Below are positions 10,681 through 20,987 of a stretch of 64,000 bases of DNA, one piece after another. Origin of the DNA: Nitrospirota bacterium (lineage in GTDB: Bacteria > Nitrospirota > UBA9217); the NCBI GenBank assembly GCA_963845065.1, contig CAWJQQ010000001.1, forward strand, positions 64,001-128,000, in the 5' to 3' direction. Both the position numbers and the translations under genes were made by a program. Positions within the stretch are counted from its first letter, which is position 1. Every line of letters starts with the position of its first letter. The notes under the pieces were generated by a model that made no database searches, had not been told where the DNA came from, and saw nothing but the letters and a program-made list of their open reading frames with translations.

Positions 10681-13600
10681 ATTCGCCTCTGACAACAGCC
10701 GAACAGGATTTCGGCTCCAGCGGCTTGAAGTGCTGAACTGGGGTACATTCGGCAAGCAGGCTATTTGGAAGATTGAGCCAGGGGGCGCCAATTCCCTGCT
10801 AACGGGAGATATTGGTTCAGGAAAATCAACGCTTGTGGATGCTATTACCACATTGCTTGTTCCCTATCATAAAATCACTTACAACAGAGCGGCAGGCGTG
10901 GAGACCAAAGAACGATCGCTCAAGTCCTATGTTTTAGGCGAATATAAAAACATTAAGAATGAACTGGATAACTCAGCGAAGCCGGAATACCTTCGTGAAG
11001 AAAATGAGTATACGGTATTACTGGCCTGCTTCTTCAATGAAGGCTATAGTCAGAAGACGACTCTGGCTCAGGTTTTCTGGCTTCGTAATGATAAACCGGA
11101 GAAATTCTTCGTCGTCTCGAACCAGGCACTGTCTATTAGCGAACACTTCACCAAATTCGGCAAGGATATCCTTCAGCTTAAAAAAAAGATCAAAACTCTG
11201 GAGCAAACAGAGGTATACGAAAGCTTCAGTGATTACTGCTCCAAATTTCGCAATATTTTTGGAATTAGGTCGGAAAAGGCATTGGAGCTGTTTTACCAAA
11301 CAGTCTCGATAAAATCGGTCGGAAATCTCACTGAATTCGTCCGCAGCCACATGATAGAAAAGAGCGACGTAAAGGACAAAATTGAAGAACTCAAACACAA
11401 CTATGAGAATCTGACCCGCCTGCACGAAGCGGTGCTGAAGGCCAAGAAACAACTGGGAGAGCTTCAGCCGTTAGTCAAGGATGCTGAAGCGTTTGAAGCG
11501 GTGAATAATCAGATTAGGGAAATTCAAAACTGCCTCGATGCATTACCTGCGTTCTTTGCTGTTCAGAAGGGCGCACTTCTGAAAGCCGTAATCAAAGAAC
11601 AGAACGAACAAATGATGATTAGCGCCAATACGCTAGAACAGCTTATGGCTGACTTAAAGAAACTTCATGAACGCGAGCTGGACATTAATGCCGCGATTAA
11701 AGGAAGCAAGGAAGGACAGCGGATTGATGAAATAGAGCGAGAAATCAACATCTTTGAACGGGCTAAGGACGATAAATTTGCAAAGTCACGCGAGTACGGT
11801 ACTCTTGCGGCAACTCTGATGCTTCCAGAGGCGTCCAATGAAGAGGTTTTTTATCAATCGCTTAAAAAAGCAACTGCTTTTAAAGAGGCCGTTGTAAAAG
11901 AAGCCGATCAATTAATCTATGCCCGAGATGAGATCATCATCGGCTTGAATAAAATGAAAGAGACACACAAGACGAATGATGAGGAATTAACATCACTCCG
12001 GCAAAGAAAGACGCAGATACCGGAGGCAAATCTGAAGCTTCGAGCGCAGATACTCCGTGACCTCGAACTGGATGAGTATGCGCTGCCTTTTGCCGGGGAG
12101 TTGCTTAAAGTCCGAGACGAAGAGCAATTGTGGGAAGGAGTAATTGAGCGGGTTTTGCATAACTTCGGCCTGAGTGTGCTTGTTGCCGAGGAGCATTATA
12201 AACGGGTGAGTATGTATGTTGATAAGACAAACCTGAAAGGTCGGTTAGTCTATTATCGGATCCCTCGCGTGATGAAACAACCTGATTATGGCGAGGCGAC
12301 AACGAGTTCATTGTTGAATAAAGTTGAGATCAAATCTGAGTCGCCTCTATACAGCTGGCTGAGCAATGAACTTTACGAAAACTTTAACTATGAGTGTTGT
12401 GAGTCCATAGAGCAATTCCAGCGTGAGCCCAAGGCTATTACACGAAGCGGGCAGATCAAAGGCAGGAAGGCACGGCATGAAAAAGACGACAGCAGAAATA
12501 TATTAGACAGAAAAAATTACATTCTCGGCTGGAGTAACCAGGAAAAGATTAGGGCGATAGAAAAGGAATTGGAAGGCCTTCAACAGAGAATAATCGCTGC
12601 AGAGAAGGAAATGCGTTCCATCGAAGATCGCCAGCAGAAGTATAGAAAGCGGGAAGAATGCTTGCGAGACTTTGTTAAATTTACTAAGTTTGGGGACATT
12701 TATTGGCAGAAGGATGCTGCAGAGATCGAAAAATTGAAACAGGAGCGGAAAGAGTTGGAAAATACCTCCAACCAGCTGAGGGAGTTGCAAAGCCAGTTAG
12801 AAAAGGTGCAGGCAGATATTGAAGTTCGAAATAAAGAGCGAGACGAAAACCAGAAGAACAAAGGAAGAATGCAGAATGTGATAGAAAACATGAATGCAGG
12901 TCTGACCGATTGCGAGACGATTGCAGGCACCATCACAGCTGAGGAAAGGGAGAAGTTTTTTCCTAAGCTACAGGAATTGATGTCGAGAAAAGAGAGTAAG
13001 GTCGAACGAATCGATAGGCTTCGTGATGACACGAGAAAATTATTGGATTTCGAGAAAGAACGGAAGGCCGACGAAGAAAAAATATTAAGGGATGGTATTA
13101 TTTCCAGGATGGAACGTTATAAAGGTACTTATAAAGAAGAGACGACTGAAGTAGATGCATCTATAGCGTCTATTCAGGAGTTTAAGGCTTTTTTTAAAAA
13201 GCTGGAAGACGAGGATTTGCCGAGGTATGAGACGCGGTTTAAGGAGGAATTGAATCAGGGCACGATCAATGATATTGCCATGTTTAAAAACCAGCTAGAA
13301 TATTCGGCCAAGGATATCGAGGAAAAAATCCGCCAGATTAATCGCTCGCTTCATGCGATTGAGTACAATCCCGGCACTTATATTGAACTGATCGCCGATA
13401 AGGCGATTGATATAGCCGTTAAAGAATTTCAAGTGCAGCTGCGCAATTGTCTCGAAAATACACTAAACGACACCGAACTTTACAACGAAGAGAAGTTCAA
13501 CAAGGTGAAAATAATCCTGGACCGTTTCAACAGCGCTGCCTTGGCGGACATTAACTGGACCAGCAGGGTCACGGATGTTCGTAATTGGTTCACCTTTGCG

Positions 13601-14023
13601 GCAAATGAGAGATACTTGGAAGATGATACTATAAAGGAATTCTATCCCGACTCCTCTGGCAAGTCGGGCGGTCAGAAAGAGAAGCTGGCTTACACAATTC
13701 TCGCTTCGGCACTAGCCTATCAGTTTGGCCTTGAATGGCAACAGACAAAATCTAGGTCTTTCAGGTTTGTTGCACTCGATGAGGCTTTCGGTAGAAGCTC
13801 GGATGATAGTACGCGGTATGCTCTTGATTTGTTCCGAAAACTCGATTTGCAGTTGCTGCTTGTAACTCCTCTCCAAAAAATAAATATAATCGAAAACTAC
13901 ATTAATACCGTTCATTTTGTAGCAAACGAGACTGGTGACAACTCGGTCGTTCGCGATCTGACTATTCATGAATACCGGGAAGAAAAAGCACGGTATCTGG
14001 ACAAGGCAGAAATTCTCCAGTGA
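10661..14023 (+). CDS. jetC: Wadjet JetC, SMC-like ATPase
   Basis: NWGTF, Walker A GDIGSGKST, long coiled coils, signature KSGGQKEKL, Walker B VALDEAF. Confidence 0.93.
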   Translation: MQNLTLEFASDNSRTGFRLQRLEVLNWGTFGKQAIWKIEPGGANSLLTGDIGSGKSTLVDAITTLLVPYHKITYNRAAGVETKERSLKSYVLGEYKNIKNELDNSAKPEYLREENEYTVLLACFFNEGYSQKTTLAQVFWLRNDKPEKFFVVSNQALSISEHFTKFGKDILQLKKKIKTLEQTEVYESFSDYCSKFRNIFGIRSEKALELFYQTVSIKSVGNLTEFVRSHMIEKSDVKDKIEELKHNYENLTRLHEAVLKAKKQLGELQPLVKDAEAFEAVNNQIREIQNCLDALPAFFAVQKGALLKAVIKEQNEQMMISANTLEQLMADLKKLHERELDINAAIKGSKEGQRIDEIEREINIFERAKDDKFAKSREYGTLAATLMLPEASNEEVFYQSLKKATAFKEAVVKEADQLIYARDEIIIGLNKMKETHKTNDEELTSLRQRKTQIPEANLKLRAQILRDLELDEYALPFAGELLKVRDEEQLWEGVIERVLHNFGLSVLVAEEHYKRVSMYVDKTNLKGRLVYYRIPRVMKQPDYGEATTSSLLNKVEIKSESPLYSWLSNELYENFNYECCESIEQFQREPKAITRSGQIKGRKARHEKDDSRNILDRKNYILGWSNQEKIRAIEKELEGLQQRIIAAEKEMRSIEDRQQKYRKREECLRDFVKFTKFGDIYWQKDAAEIEKLKQERKELENTSNQLRELQSQLEKVQADIEVRNKERDENQKNKGRMQNVIENMNAGLTDCETIAGTITAEEREKFFPKLQELMSRKESKVERIDRLRDDTRKLLDFEKERKADEEKILRDGIISRMERYKGTYKEETTEVDASIASIQEFKAFFKKLEDEDLPRYETRFKEELNQGTINDIAMFKNQLEYSAKDIEEKIRQINRSLHAIEYNPGTYIELIADKAIDIAVKEFQVQLRNCLENTLNDTELYNEEKFNKVKIILDRFNSAALADINWTSRVTDVRNWFTFAANERYLEDDTIKEFYPDSSGKSGGQKEKLAYTILASALAYQFGLEWQQTKSRSFRFVALDEAFGRSSDDSTRYALDLFRKLDLQLLLVTPLQKINIIENYINTVHFVANETGDNSVVRDLTIHEYREEKARYLDKAEILQ

Positions 14024-15201
14024 TCAGCCCAGAAGGGATTAGGAGTCAGGCTGAACGGTCGTACAAAGAATTTCTGACACGCTCTATCGAAAGAGCATCT
14101 TTTTTCCCGAAAGAGATTCGATTTGGTAAGGTAAAAGCATCAGAGACGCTTGACCAATATCAACGCATCAAGGATGAGATTAAGAGGCTCATCAAGGAAT
14201 CCCGTGATCATGTAGGATACGGCTATTCAATAGAGTTTATAACGAGAAAAGACCGAAAAACGGGTGATCAGCGTTTTCCGCAAAGGATATGGTTCGAACA
14301 TGAAGACGATTATCTACGGTTCATCGATAAGGAAAAGGAGTATCAAGACTTCACCCGAGACACTTGCTCCATTCTGAATAACATTCCAGTTCTGAGAGAC
14401 TGGGTTCTGGCCAATCCACTGAAAGTAATCAAATACACCGGTAGATGGGATGATCTCCTGAAAGTTTGCACTTATTTTCTGTCAAATCCTAAGCCGGCAT
14501 TGTACATCAGAGAGCTGCCGTTAGAGATTCATACAAAGTTTGTTGAGGATAATAAATCTGTATTGAAGCAACTTCTCGACTTCCTTATTCCCGATTACAT
14601 CAATGCAGATGAATCCGACTTTGAAAAAAGGTTTAACTTGCATTATGATGAACCGTTGATCCGCGTAAAGATTCTAGATCGCGATATGGCGAATCGATGT
14701 TTCAGCGGAATTACGGACCTGAGCATTCCACAAAGCGAGTTTAATGCATTGACGCTGGATAGTCTCTCCGTATTTATCCTAGAAAATAAAACAAACTTTT
14801 CCAATATATTTAATTTTCTTACATTGCCGAATCTAAGCAGGTCATTTGCAATTTTCGGAAAGGGATTTCAGCTAAATCTGCTGAAGGATGCGAAATGTCT
14901 TATAAACAAGAGAATTATCTATTGGGGGGATATTGACTTGCATGGTTTTCAAATCTTGTCCCAGCTTCGATCCTATTATCCGCAGACACAATCGCTATTG
15001 ATGGACGAAGCAACTTTTAATGAATTTCAAAATTACTGCGTTACAGGAGTCGAAGCGAATATAAACCAACCTCTTAATCTAACGACTGAAGAACAAGGTC
15101 TTTTTGATCGCCTAACAACTCTAAGGGAAAAGAACAGACTTGAACAGGAAAAAATACCTCACTCGTATGTTATAAGCAAATTACGACAACTGATCGGGTA
15201 G
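14020..15201 (+). CDS. jetD: Wadjet JetD, TOPRIM nuclease (DUF3322/DUF2220)
   Basis: ILENK, YWGDIDLHGF, RLEQEKI motifs. Confidence 0.92.
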   Translation: MISPEGIRSQAERSYKEFLTRSIERASFFPKEIRFGKVKASETLDQYQRIKDEIKRLIKESRDHVGYGYSIEFITRKDRKTGDQRFPQRIWFEHEDDYLRFIDKEKEYQDFTRDTCSILNNIPVLRDWVLANPLKVIKYTGRWDDLLKVCTYFLSNPKPALYIRELPLEIHTKFVEDNKSVLKQLLDFLIPDYINADESDFEKRFNLHYDEPLIRVKILDRDMANRCFSGITDLSIPQSEFNALTLDSLSVFILENKTNFSNIFNFLTLPNLSRSFAIFGKGFQLNLLKDAKCLINKRIIYWGDIDLHGFQILSQLRSYYPQTQSLLMDEATFNEFQNYCVTGVEANINQPLNLTTEEQGLFDRLTTLREKNRLEQEKIPHSYVISKLRQLIG

Positions 15202-15416
15202 TGATTCAAAAGCGTGGGTTTAAGCAGTACCGGAATGTACTCGTTGAGTGATATTGAGAACAGCCACAAACCATTGATGTTAAATACAAGTTGTAATATT
15301 GTTTACCACATATCAAATATGCCTGCATCTAGATTTTATTCCTCAATCACTTAGATCCAATCCACCAACAAAAAATATCTCTTGCCTTATTGTAGCCTAT
15401 GGAGTACAATTATTCC

Positions 15417-15707
15417 ATGATCGAAATTCGCAAGACCGAGGCGTTTGAACGATGGTTTACAGGCCTCCGGGATCGGAGCGCTGTTGCTCGAATTAAATCA
15501 CGTATCGACCGATTGCAACTGGGTCTTTTTGGCGATGTGAAGCCTGTGGGAGGAGGTATTTCAGAAATGCGGATCGATTACGGCCCCGGGTATCGTATTT
15601 ATTTCATTCAGCGAGGCCGGGAGGTAGTGATATTACTGGCGGGCGGTGATAAGCGTACGCAGTCTCGGGATATTGAAAAAGCGCTTGAATTGGCGCGGAT
15701 GCTGTAG
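15417..15707 (+). CDS. RelE/ParE-family addiction module killer toxin
   Basis: GDVKPVGGGISEMRIDYGPGYRIYF; TTGCCT-N17-TACAAT promoter just upstream. Confidence 0.9.
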   Translation: MIEIRKTEAFERWFTGLRDRSAVARIKSRIDRLQLGLFGDVKPVGGGISEMRIDYGPGYRIYFIQRGREVVILLAGGDKRTQSRDIEKALELARML

Positions 15708-15716
15708 GAGGGTATT

Positions 15717-16010
15717 ATGAAAAAAGAAAAACTCAAAACAACGAAATGGGATGCAGTGGATTACCTCAAAACGGACGAAGACATGGCGGATTATCTTGAA
15801 GCAGCCATGGAGGATGGACATCCGGCTGTTATCGCAACTGCTATTGGGAATATCGCTCGCGCAAAGGGGATGACGGAAATCGCACGCAAGGCCGGGATCG
15901 GCCGCGTAAGTCTTTACAAAGCGCTTTCCCCCAACGGCAACCCGGAATTCGCAACCGTGCTCAAGGTTGTGCGAGCACTTGGCTTACGACTCCATGCTAC
16001 AACGTCATAA
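15717..16010 (+). CDS. HTH addiction module antidote protein
   Basis: WDAVDYL..ARAKGM.EIARKAG..SLYKALS..GNPEF. Confidence 0.9.
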   Translation: MKKEKLKTTKWDAVDYLKTDEDMADYLEAAMEDGHPAVIATAIGNIARAKGMTEIARKAGIGRVSLYKALSPNGNPEFATVLKVVRALGLRLHATTS

Positions 16011-16092
16011 TTTATGATGTCCTTTGAGCTCAGTAATGATAGATTGAAGAAGCGGCAGATGGCCGAAATAATTAATAAGTTATGATTTGTCA

Positions 16093-16419
16093 ATGACAGC
16101 AACTGAGGATGGAATGGATACCGATGAGTTGACAGAGATGGCTTATGAGACTATCTCGCTTGCCCATGAAGTACTTGATGTACTCCGCCTGGAAATTGGA
16201 GCCTCTGCAAAAGATTATCTAACAGAAGATGAATTTTTGAGAGGTACCCTTAAAAATTTAAAAGATATTTTGGCTGATCCTGAGGGCTACTTAGATTCAT
16301 GGAATTATCTGGATACGGTAAATACGAAACGCTTTGTAAAAGGGATTGAGATTCTAATGAATCACATTAAAAAGACATTAAGAAAACCACAACATGAAAG
16401 AGGAAAGACGGCATTTTGA
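16093..16419 (+). CDS. hypothetical protein
   Basis: ~108-aa ORF with RBS-like GAGG. Confidence 0.55.
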   Translation: MTATEDGMDTDELTEMAYETISLAHEVLDVLRLEIGASAKDYLTEDEFLRGTLKNLKDILADPEGYLDSWNYLDTVNTKRFVKGIEILMNHIKKTLRKPQHERGKTAF

Positions 16420-16519
16420 CCACCAGAATCAACCAAAGATATATGATGCGAAGTTCAATAAATATATACATGGAGCTAATGAGAAAAATTGCTCAGGTTT
16501 AAAAAGGCCTTTCTGGGTA

Positions 16520-16658
16520 AGATGGTTTCAAAACCTGAAGGTCGGCGGGTCCATACACCGAAGGAGTCTTTCACAAATCCGTCCCGCCTACCAAACTTAT
16601 CAATGGGTTATAGCACATGCAATAACCCAATTTTCTTATCAGGACAGTTACAGGTCAG
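16520..16658 (+). repeat. att-like unit B2 (tRNA-fMet fragment with ~23-bp insert)
   Basis: TTCAAAA-CCTGAAGGTCGG..CAAATCCGTCCCGCCTACCA; perfect IHF match TATCAATGGGTTA; ATCAGGACAG/TACAGGTCAG arms. Confidence 0.75.
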
Positions 16659-16848
16659 CGGTCAACACGGCTATAGATGCCTTCCAGAAATCTGTTTTCA
16701 CTGCTCTATAAAAAATCTTATAAAATTGATAGATCGCCAAGTAAGGCTCTCCAACCCTCAGTGCCAAACTAAGTACATTATTGACAATCACGACAAATTA
16801 CGTTAATATTAAGACAAATGTCGTATTAAGCCTGTGGAGGATTGAGTC

Positions 16849-17283
16849 ATGACAAACGCAACGACAATAGAGGAGATTTTAGGAGGGAGAAAAATCCTTA
16901 ATAAAAGCATCCACGGCAAAATGGATCTAATTGAATTAAGTAATACGGGTGTGACAAAAGAGGCCTTGTTAAACTTGGCTAAATATTGTAGTTTTTCAAT
17001 TCACCAATTGGCTGAGGTTCTCCCAGTGACTGAGCGGACGATCCAAAGATATACTCCTAAAAAGCATTTTAATAGGGCAGTATCGGAGCAAATCTTGCAG
17101 CTCGCTGAAGTCGCAGCACGAGGCACTGAAGTATTTGGAGATAGAGAACAATTTCTAAAGTGGATGATAACGCCGAGTGTCGCATTAGCTGATAAGAAAC
17201 CATTTAGCCTGCTAAATTCAAAATTTGGGGCTGAAATGGTTTTGGATGAACTTGGGCGGATCGAGCACGGAGTTTTCTCCTAA
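16849..17283 (+). CDS. Xre/MbcA/ParS-type antitoxin
   Basis: HTH TERTIQRY; C-terminal VFGD..WM..P..AL..P..LL....GAEMV.DELGRIEHG. Confidence 0.9.
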   Translation: MTNATTIEEILGGRKILNKSIHGKMDLIELSNTGVTKEALLNLAKYCSFSIHQLAEVLPVTERTIQRYTPKKHFNRAVSEQILQLAEVAARGTEVFGDREQFLKWMITPSVALADKKPFSLLNSKFGAEMVLDELGRIEHGVFS

Positions 17284-17753
17284 TGGAGGTATACAGGATC
17301 GCAAAAGCATCATTCAGCATGGACCTGACGGGACTTGGCGCGCGACTGAATGGGGGGAGGTGGAATAGAAAAGGAACTGGGATTATTTATACCTCGGAAA
17401 GCCGTGCACTTGCTTCACTAGAATTTCTTGTTCATGTACCTCTCTCGCTTCTTCCCCCAGATTTAATGATAACTTCGATAGATATCCCTAGTGGACTATC
17501 TATCGAGCATGTGTCTCTTAGTGATCTGCCGACCAATTGGAGATCAAGCCCAGCACCAGCCACATTAGCAGAATTTGGCTCGACGTGGGCGAGATCTAAT
17601 AGATCCCTCCTTCTGCGTGTTCCCTCAGCAATTATTGACGCGGAATTTAATATCCTTATTAACCCCAACCACCCGGACATGGGGGGAATTACTATAAATA
17701 AAATCGAAGTTTATTCAATTGATTCGCGACTTTTGAGGGTGAAAAGGCGTTAG
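17283..17753 (+). CDS. RES-domain toxin (NAD+ phosphorylase type)
   Basis: YRI..GA..GGRWN..G..IYTS..LASLE..VPSA..NILINPNHP. Confidence 0.92.
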   Translation: MEVYRIAKASFSMDLTGLGARLNGGRWNRKGTGIIYTSESRALASLEFLVHVPLSLLPPDLMITSIDIPSGLSIEHVSLSDLPTNWRSSPAPATLAEFGSTWARSNRSLLLRVPSAIIDAEFNILINPNHPDMGGITINKIEVYSIDSRLLRVKRR

Positions 17754-18057
17754 ATATGGTATCAACATGAATCAGTATGAATTCGCTACGATATCTGTCA
17801 GTATCATTCTAATTGTTAAGTTTCAGGCTTTATAAGGTTTACTAGACCCGCTTGATAACATGGTTGGCCAGTATCAACAGAGGACCAAAGAATTGGAGAG
17901 ACACCCATGTACGCCAATAAGAAAATCACCTACACGTCAGGAGAGAAAATGCATTTTTGGACTATACTTTTTTTATTGTATAAAACCAAGATTACAATCA
18001 GAGACTAATATCAAAGGGCATGTTGCTGGAGAAAATACGAATATCTTTTTCAAGCAT

Positions 18058-18180
18058 CCGTCAGGTTCATATCCCGAAGGTCGTCGGTTCAAATCCAGCC
18101 CCCGCTACCAAATAATTCATGGGGTTACAGTTCTTACTGTAACCCCGTTTCGTTTTATCAGGACCGTATCAGGATGGTTA
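18058..18180 (+). repeat. att-like unit B3 (best-preserved tRNA-fMet 3' half)
   Basis: TTCATAT-CCCGAAGGTCGTCGGTTCAAATCCAGCCCCCGCTACCA; hairpin GGGGTTACAG/CTGTAACCCC; ATCAGGACCG/ATCAGGATGG arms. Confidence 0.88.
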
Positions 18181-18699
18181 CCGTCCCTTTGCTTCATTCT
18201 ATATGCCCTCTCTTCTCATGAACCCTGCACCCTGTTCCTCTCGACGAACACAACAATCTCAAAACTGCTGTTACGCCCCCCCCAAAAAAAAGCTGAGGTT
18301 GTAGTGCGGGAAATTATAAAAAACTATTGAGCCTCCAGTTTCCATTCCATTTTGCATCTGTAGTAGTTGCCAATCTCATTAACAATTAATCAGGGAAATC
18401 GAAGCAAAATATAGGGAAACCCCGATTGTATTTTGTCGTACAAGATGTTAAGTTTTCATAAATATCTCTTGCCTGAACACCCCTGACGCAAAACGTTCAC
18501 ACTTTTGACAAGTCGTATCCGTGAGCTCATACTTACCTCGACTGAATATTCTGGAAGTACGCGATGCAGAGTGATCGTTCAAGCCTATAATGTATTTTCC
18601 AACACTCGTGTGCTGAAGAGGGTAGAGCCAAACTCTACATTTTTTATTTGGCGCAGATGCTATCACAAGGTTGATTCCGGTTAGGTAATATTGAAAATT

Positions 18700-18776
18700 T
18701 GATGTTATCTAGACGGAGTAATATTCAGTTTCTGTTATTATCCAGGCGGTTCCGTCCCTAAAATAACTTGTTAGAT
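18700..18776 (+). other. attI-like integron recombination site
   Basis: TGATGTTAT...GGCGGTTCCGTCCCTAAAATAACTTGTTAGAT resembles attI1 (TGATGTTAT...GTCGCCCTAAAACAAAGTTAGGC) and precedes a cassette-type gene. Confidence 0.5.
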
Positions 18777-18798
18777 CGAAATTAAAAGGAGAAAAAAA

Positions 18799-19055
18799 TT
18801 GGCCATAAAAGTCCAATCAGTTGAAGAACTGCAGAAATATTTCAAGGGCGTCGTGGATCGTTCTACGCATCATGCGCCAGGGGTTGCCGAGATAATATAT
18901 CCGCTCCTCGGTATGATCGTTTTGAAATTGGACGATAACTCTGATATACAGGTGCGTTCTTATGCTGACGCACCAGGAAACATGTTGTGGGTATATATAA
19001 ATGGATCCAGATATGCCTTCCGTTATGAACATTCCGATGACACGATTGAAATACA
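18799..19055 (+). pseudogene. integron cassette protein of VCH_CASS14 type, 3'-truncated
   Basis: Y..GV..R..HHA..V...NMLWVYINGSRYAFRYEH...IEI matches the VCH_CASS14 pattern; C-terminus replaced by a GGDEF fragment. Confidence 0.7.
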
Positions 19056-19210
19056 AAGGACATGTATGCACTATCGGTGCAAGTATCGGCATTAGCATCT
19101 ACCCCCAGGACGGTTTCGATTTGGAGATGCTCGTCAATAAAGCAGATGCTGCGATGTACTGCGTCAAAGAGAGCGAAAAACATGGCTACGCCTATTCCTC
19201 CCCTGTCTGA
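19050..19210 (+). pseudogene. C-terminal fragment of a GGDEF domain
   Basis: IGASIGISIYPQDG..LVNKADAAMYCVKES. Confidence 0.8.
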
Positions 19211-19835
19211 CCGGATCGCTTTATCAATTTTCAGGACAACCGATACTCTCTTCACATCGTGCACACTGTAGAACTCTCTGGGTAAGAAATCCCAACATCA
19301 TTTCCCCCTAAGCCATATTTTAAATGAGGTTGCGAGTGGTAAGGAGGGGTCATCGCGTTCTGCGAGGGGCTCCACATTCGTGGCGGTAACCGCAGGCGGA
19401 GTGAGGTAAAATTGTTGAGGGGATAGTGACACTTTCTGCCGCATATGCAGGGAGAACAAACTCGTATTCCTGAGTAAAGGCGCGGCATGGTGCCACTAGT
19501 ATCAAGTAATGACGAAGCGGACAAGCACGTCAAGAAGAAAGATAAAATTAAAATGGATATTTTAGTTGCTGCTTCCCTTAAATCTGTCAAAATTGAGCCC
19601 AGCAAAGCGATTTGCTGAGAGTAGGTTTGGCTCCCCATGCTGCATGCGAACAAGCGAGCCTTATGAATAATACAAGATGTATTCTGCACATCCAATCAGT
19701 CTAGAACATGTGCATTATTCATGAAGAAGGCTGCATCGCATGCTTCAAATGCAAATCTACAGATCCTCAAAAATAATGTCTATCTCGTTATCGCTTCCCA
19801 TGAAGAGGGTGCGACACGAAGAGTTTCCAGGACAA

Positions 19836-20876
19836 TCATTCTGTTAACTCATGTCTTAGAAGTCCCCGAGATGCCGGGGCATCTGCTAGCTTAGACCAGA
19901 AGCCCTCATCATTTGCAAGATCAGAGGCATGATTGATTGCCGCAGTGATATCTCCTTTGAAACACTTACGAGTGCTCAAGCTTGAAATCGGGTTCGTCGG
20001 TGTCAGGAAAACAATGCGCCGCGGAACATGATTATTTTTTTGATCGCCTAAGAGTGCTTTTTGCACTTTGTTGATAATTTTTTTCAGTTTTTTATCTCCA
20101 CGATTATTAAGTGGCTTTATGTTACTGAAAACCGAGCAAGGATTGTTTTCAATCAATTTGTAGCCGCGATAAATCCCCTGTCTGATAGCACGGATTTCCA
20201 AAAGGTCGTTAGCAAATTCAACCCTTAAGATTATTCGAAGATACCATGGCAGACGTCCAGTATCTGCATACGTGTTGCGGCATAGACGGCTATTTGACAG
20301 AATGAAAATTGTGTCGCACTTGGCTTTGATCGCCTCGCCAAGAACGAATGTTCCGCCATCCGAATGCCATTCCCCGTTAATCATTACCGGCGGCAAGAAT
20401 CCTTGTAAACCGATAGCGGCAAGCATCACCTGTTTAAGTAAATTTGGATTTTGACGTAAGTTTGGATCATGATTAGAAAAAATCTGGTGCCTTAACTTAT
20501 TTTCGTTGTAGGTTACAATTTGAAATTCTATCGGAGACGCCACAATCGCTTCCATGTCAAGCTTTTCTACCAGATATTTCGATGCACCTTCATTAGAAAA
20601 AAGATTCGGGCCTCTGAAAATTTTTAAAAACCCCATTAAACTTTGCCCGAAGATCTTTTTTGCCCCGAGTTGCTCAGTTTCCTTCCATTTCTTTTCTAAG
20701 GCATCAACATCCCACTTGCTACCGATGAGATCGCCACCAGAGAACACCCCGACTGAAACGCTTTGGACAAAGACCGGTTTAATTCCCTTAGCCTCCAGTG
20801 CTTTGATAAAGCCAACGCCGTAAGCCCCTGTGAAACCTCCCCCGTTTAAAATCATCCCGACTTTACCAAGATTCAT
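19836..20876 (-). CDS. patatin-like phospholipase
   Basis: LNGGGFTG oxyanion loop, SVSVG nucleophile elbow, DGG motif. Confidence 0.8.
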   Translation of the reverse strand: MNLGKVGMILNGGGFTGAYGVGFIKALEAKGIKPVFVQSVSVGVFSGGDLIGSKWDVDALEKKWKETEQLGAKKIFGQSLMGFLKIFRGPNLFSNEGASKYLVEKLDMEAIVASPIEFQIVTYNENKLRHQIFSNHDPNLRQNPNLLKQVMLAAIGLQGFLPPVMINGEWHSDGGTFVLGEAIKAKCDTIFILSNSRLCRNTYADTGRLPWYLRIILRVEFANDLLEIRAIRQGIYRGYKLIENNPCSVFSNIKPLNNRGDKKLKKIINKVQKALLGDQKNNHVPRRIVFLTPTNPISSLSTRKCFKGDITAAINHASDLANDEGFWSKLADAPASRGLLRHELTE

Positions 20877-20987
20877 AATCGCCACTTCCTTTGTTTCCAG
20901 AATACTCAGTCTGAGAAATGGTGCTTTCAAAAAACTCCACGTTAAATATAAGACCAGGACAACTAGGATTTTCTTTGTCCACTTATG

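Noticed and set aside
18058..18110. Functional tRNA-Met (also at B1, B2, B4, B5) or tRNA-Val (A4, A5) genes
   Set aside because: Only anticodon-loop-to-3' fragments; no acceptor 5' strand or D arm upstream, and many substitutions.
17860..18330. 156-aa ORF, and the ORFs at 16394-16806 and 59461-59700
   Set aside because: They run across att units and tRNA fragments, with no recognisable protein features.
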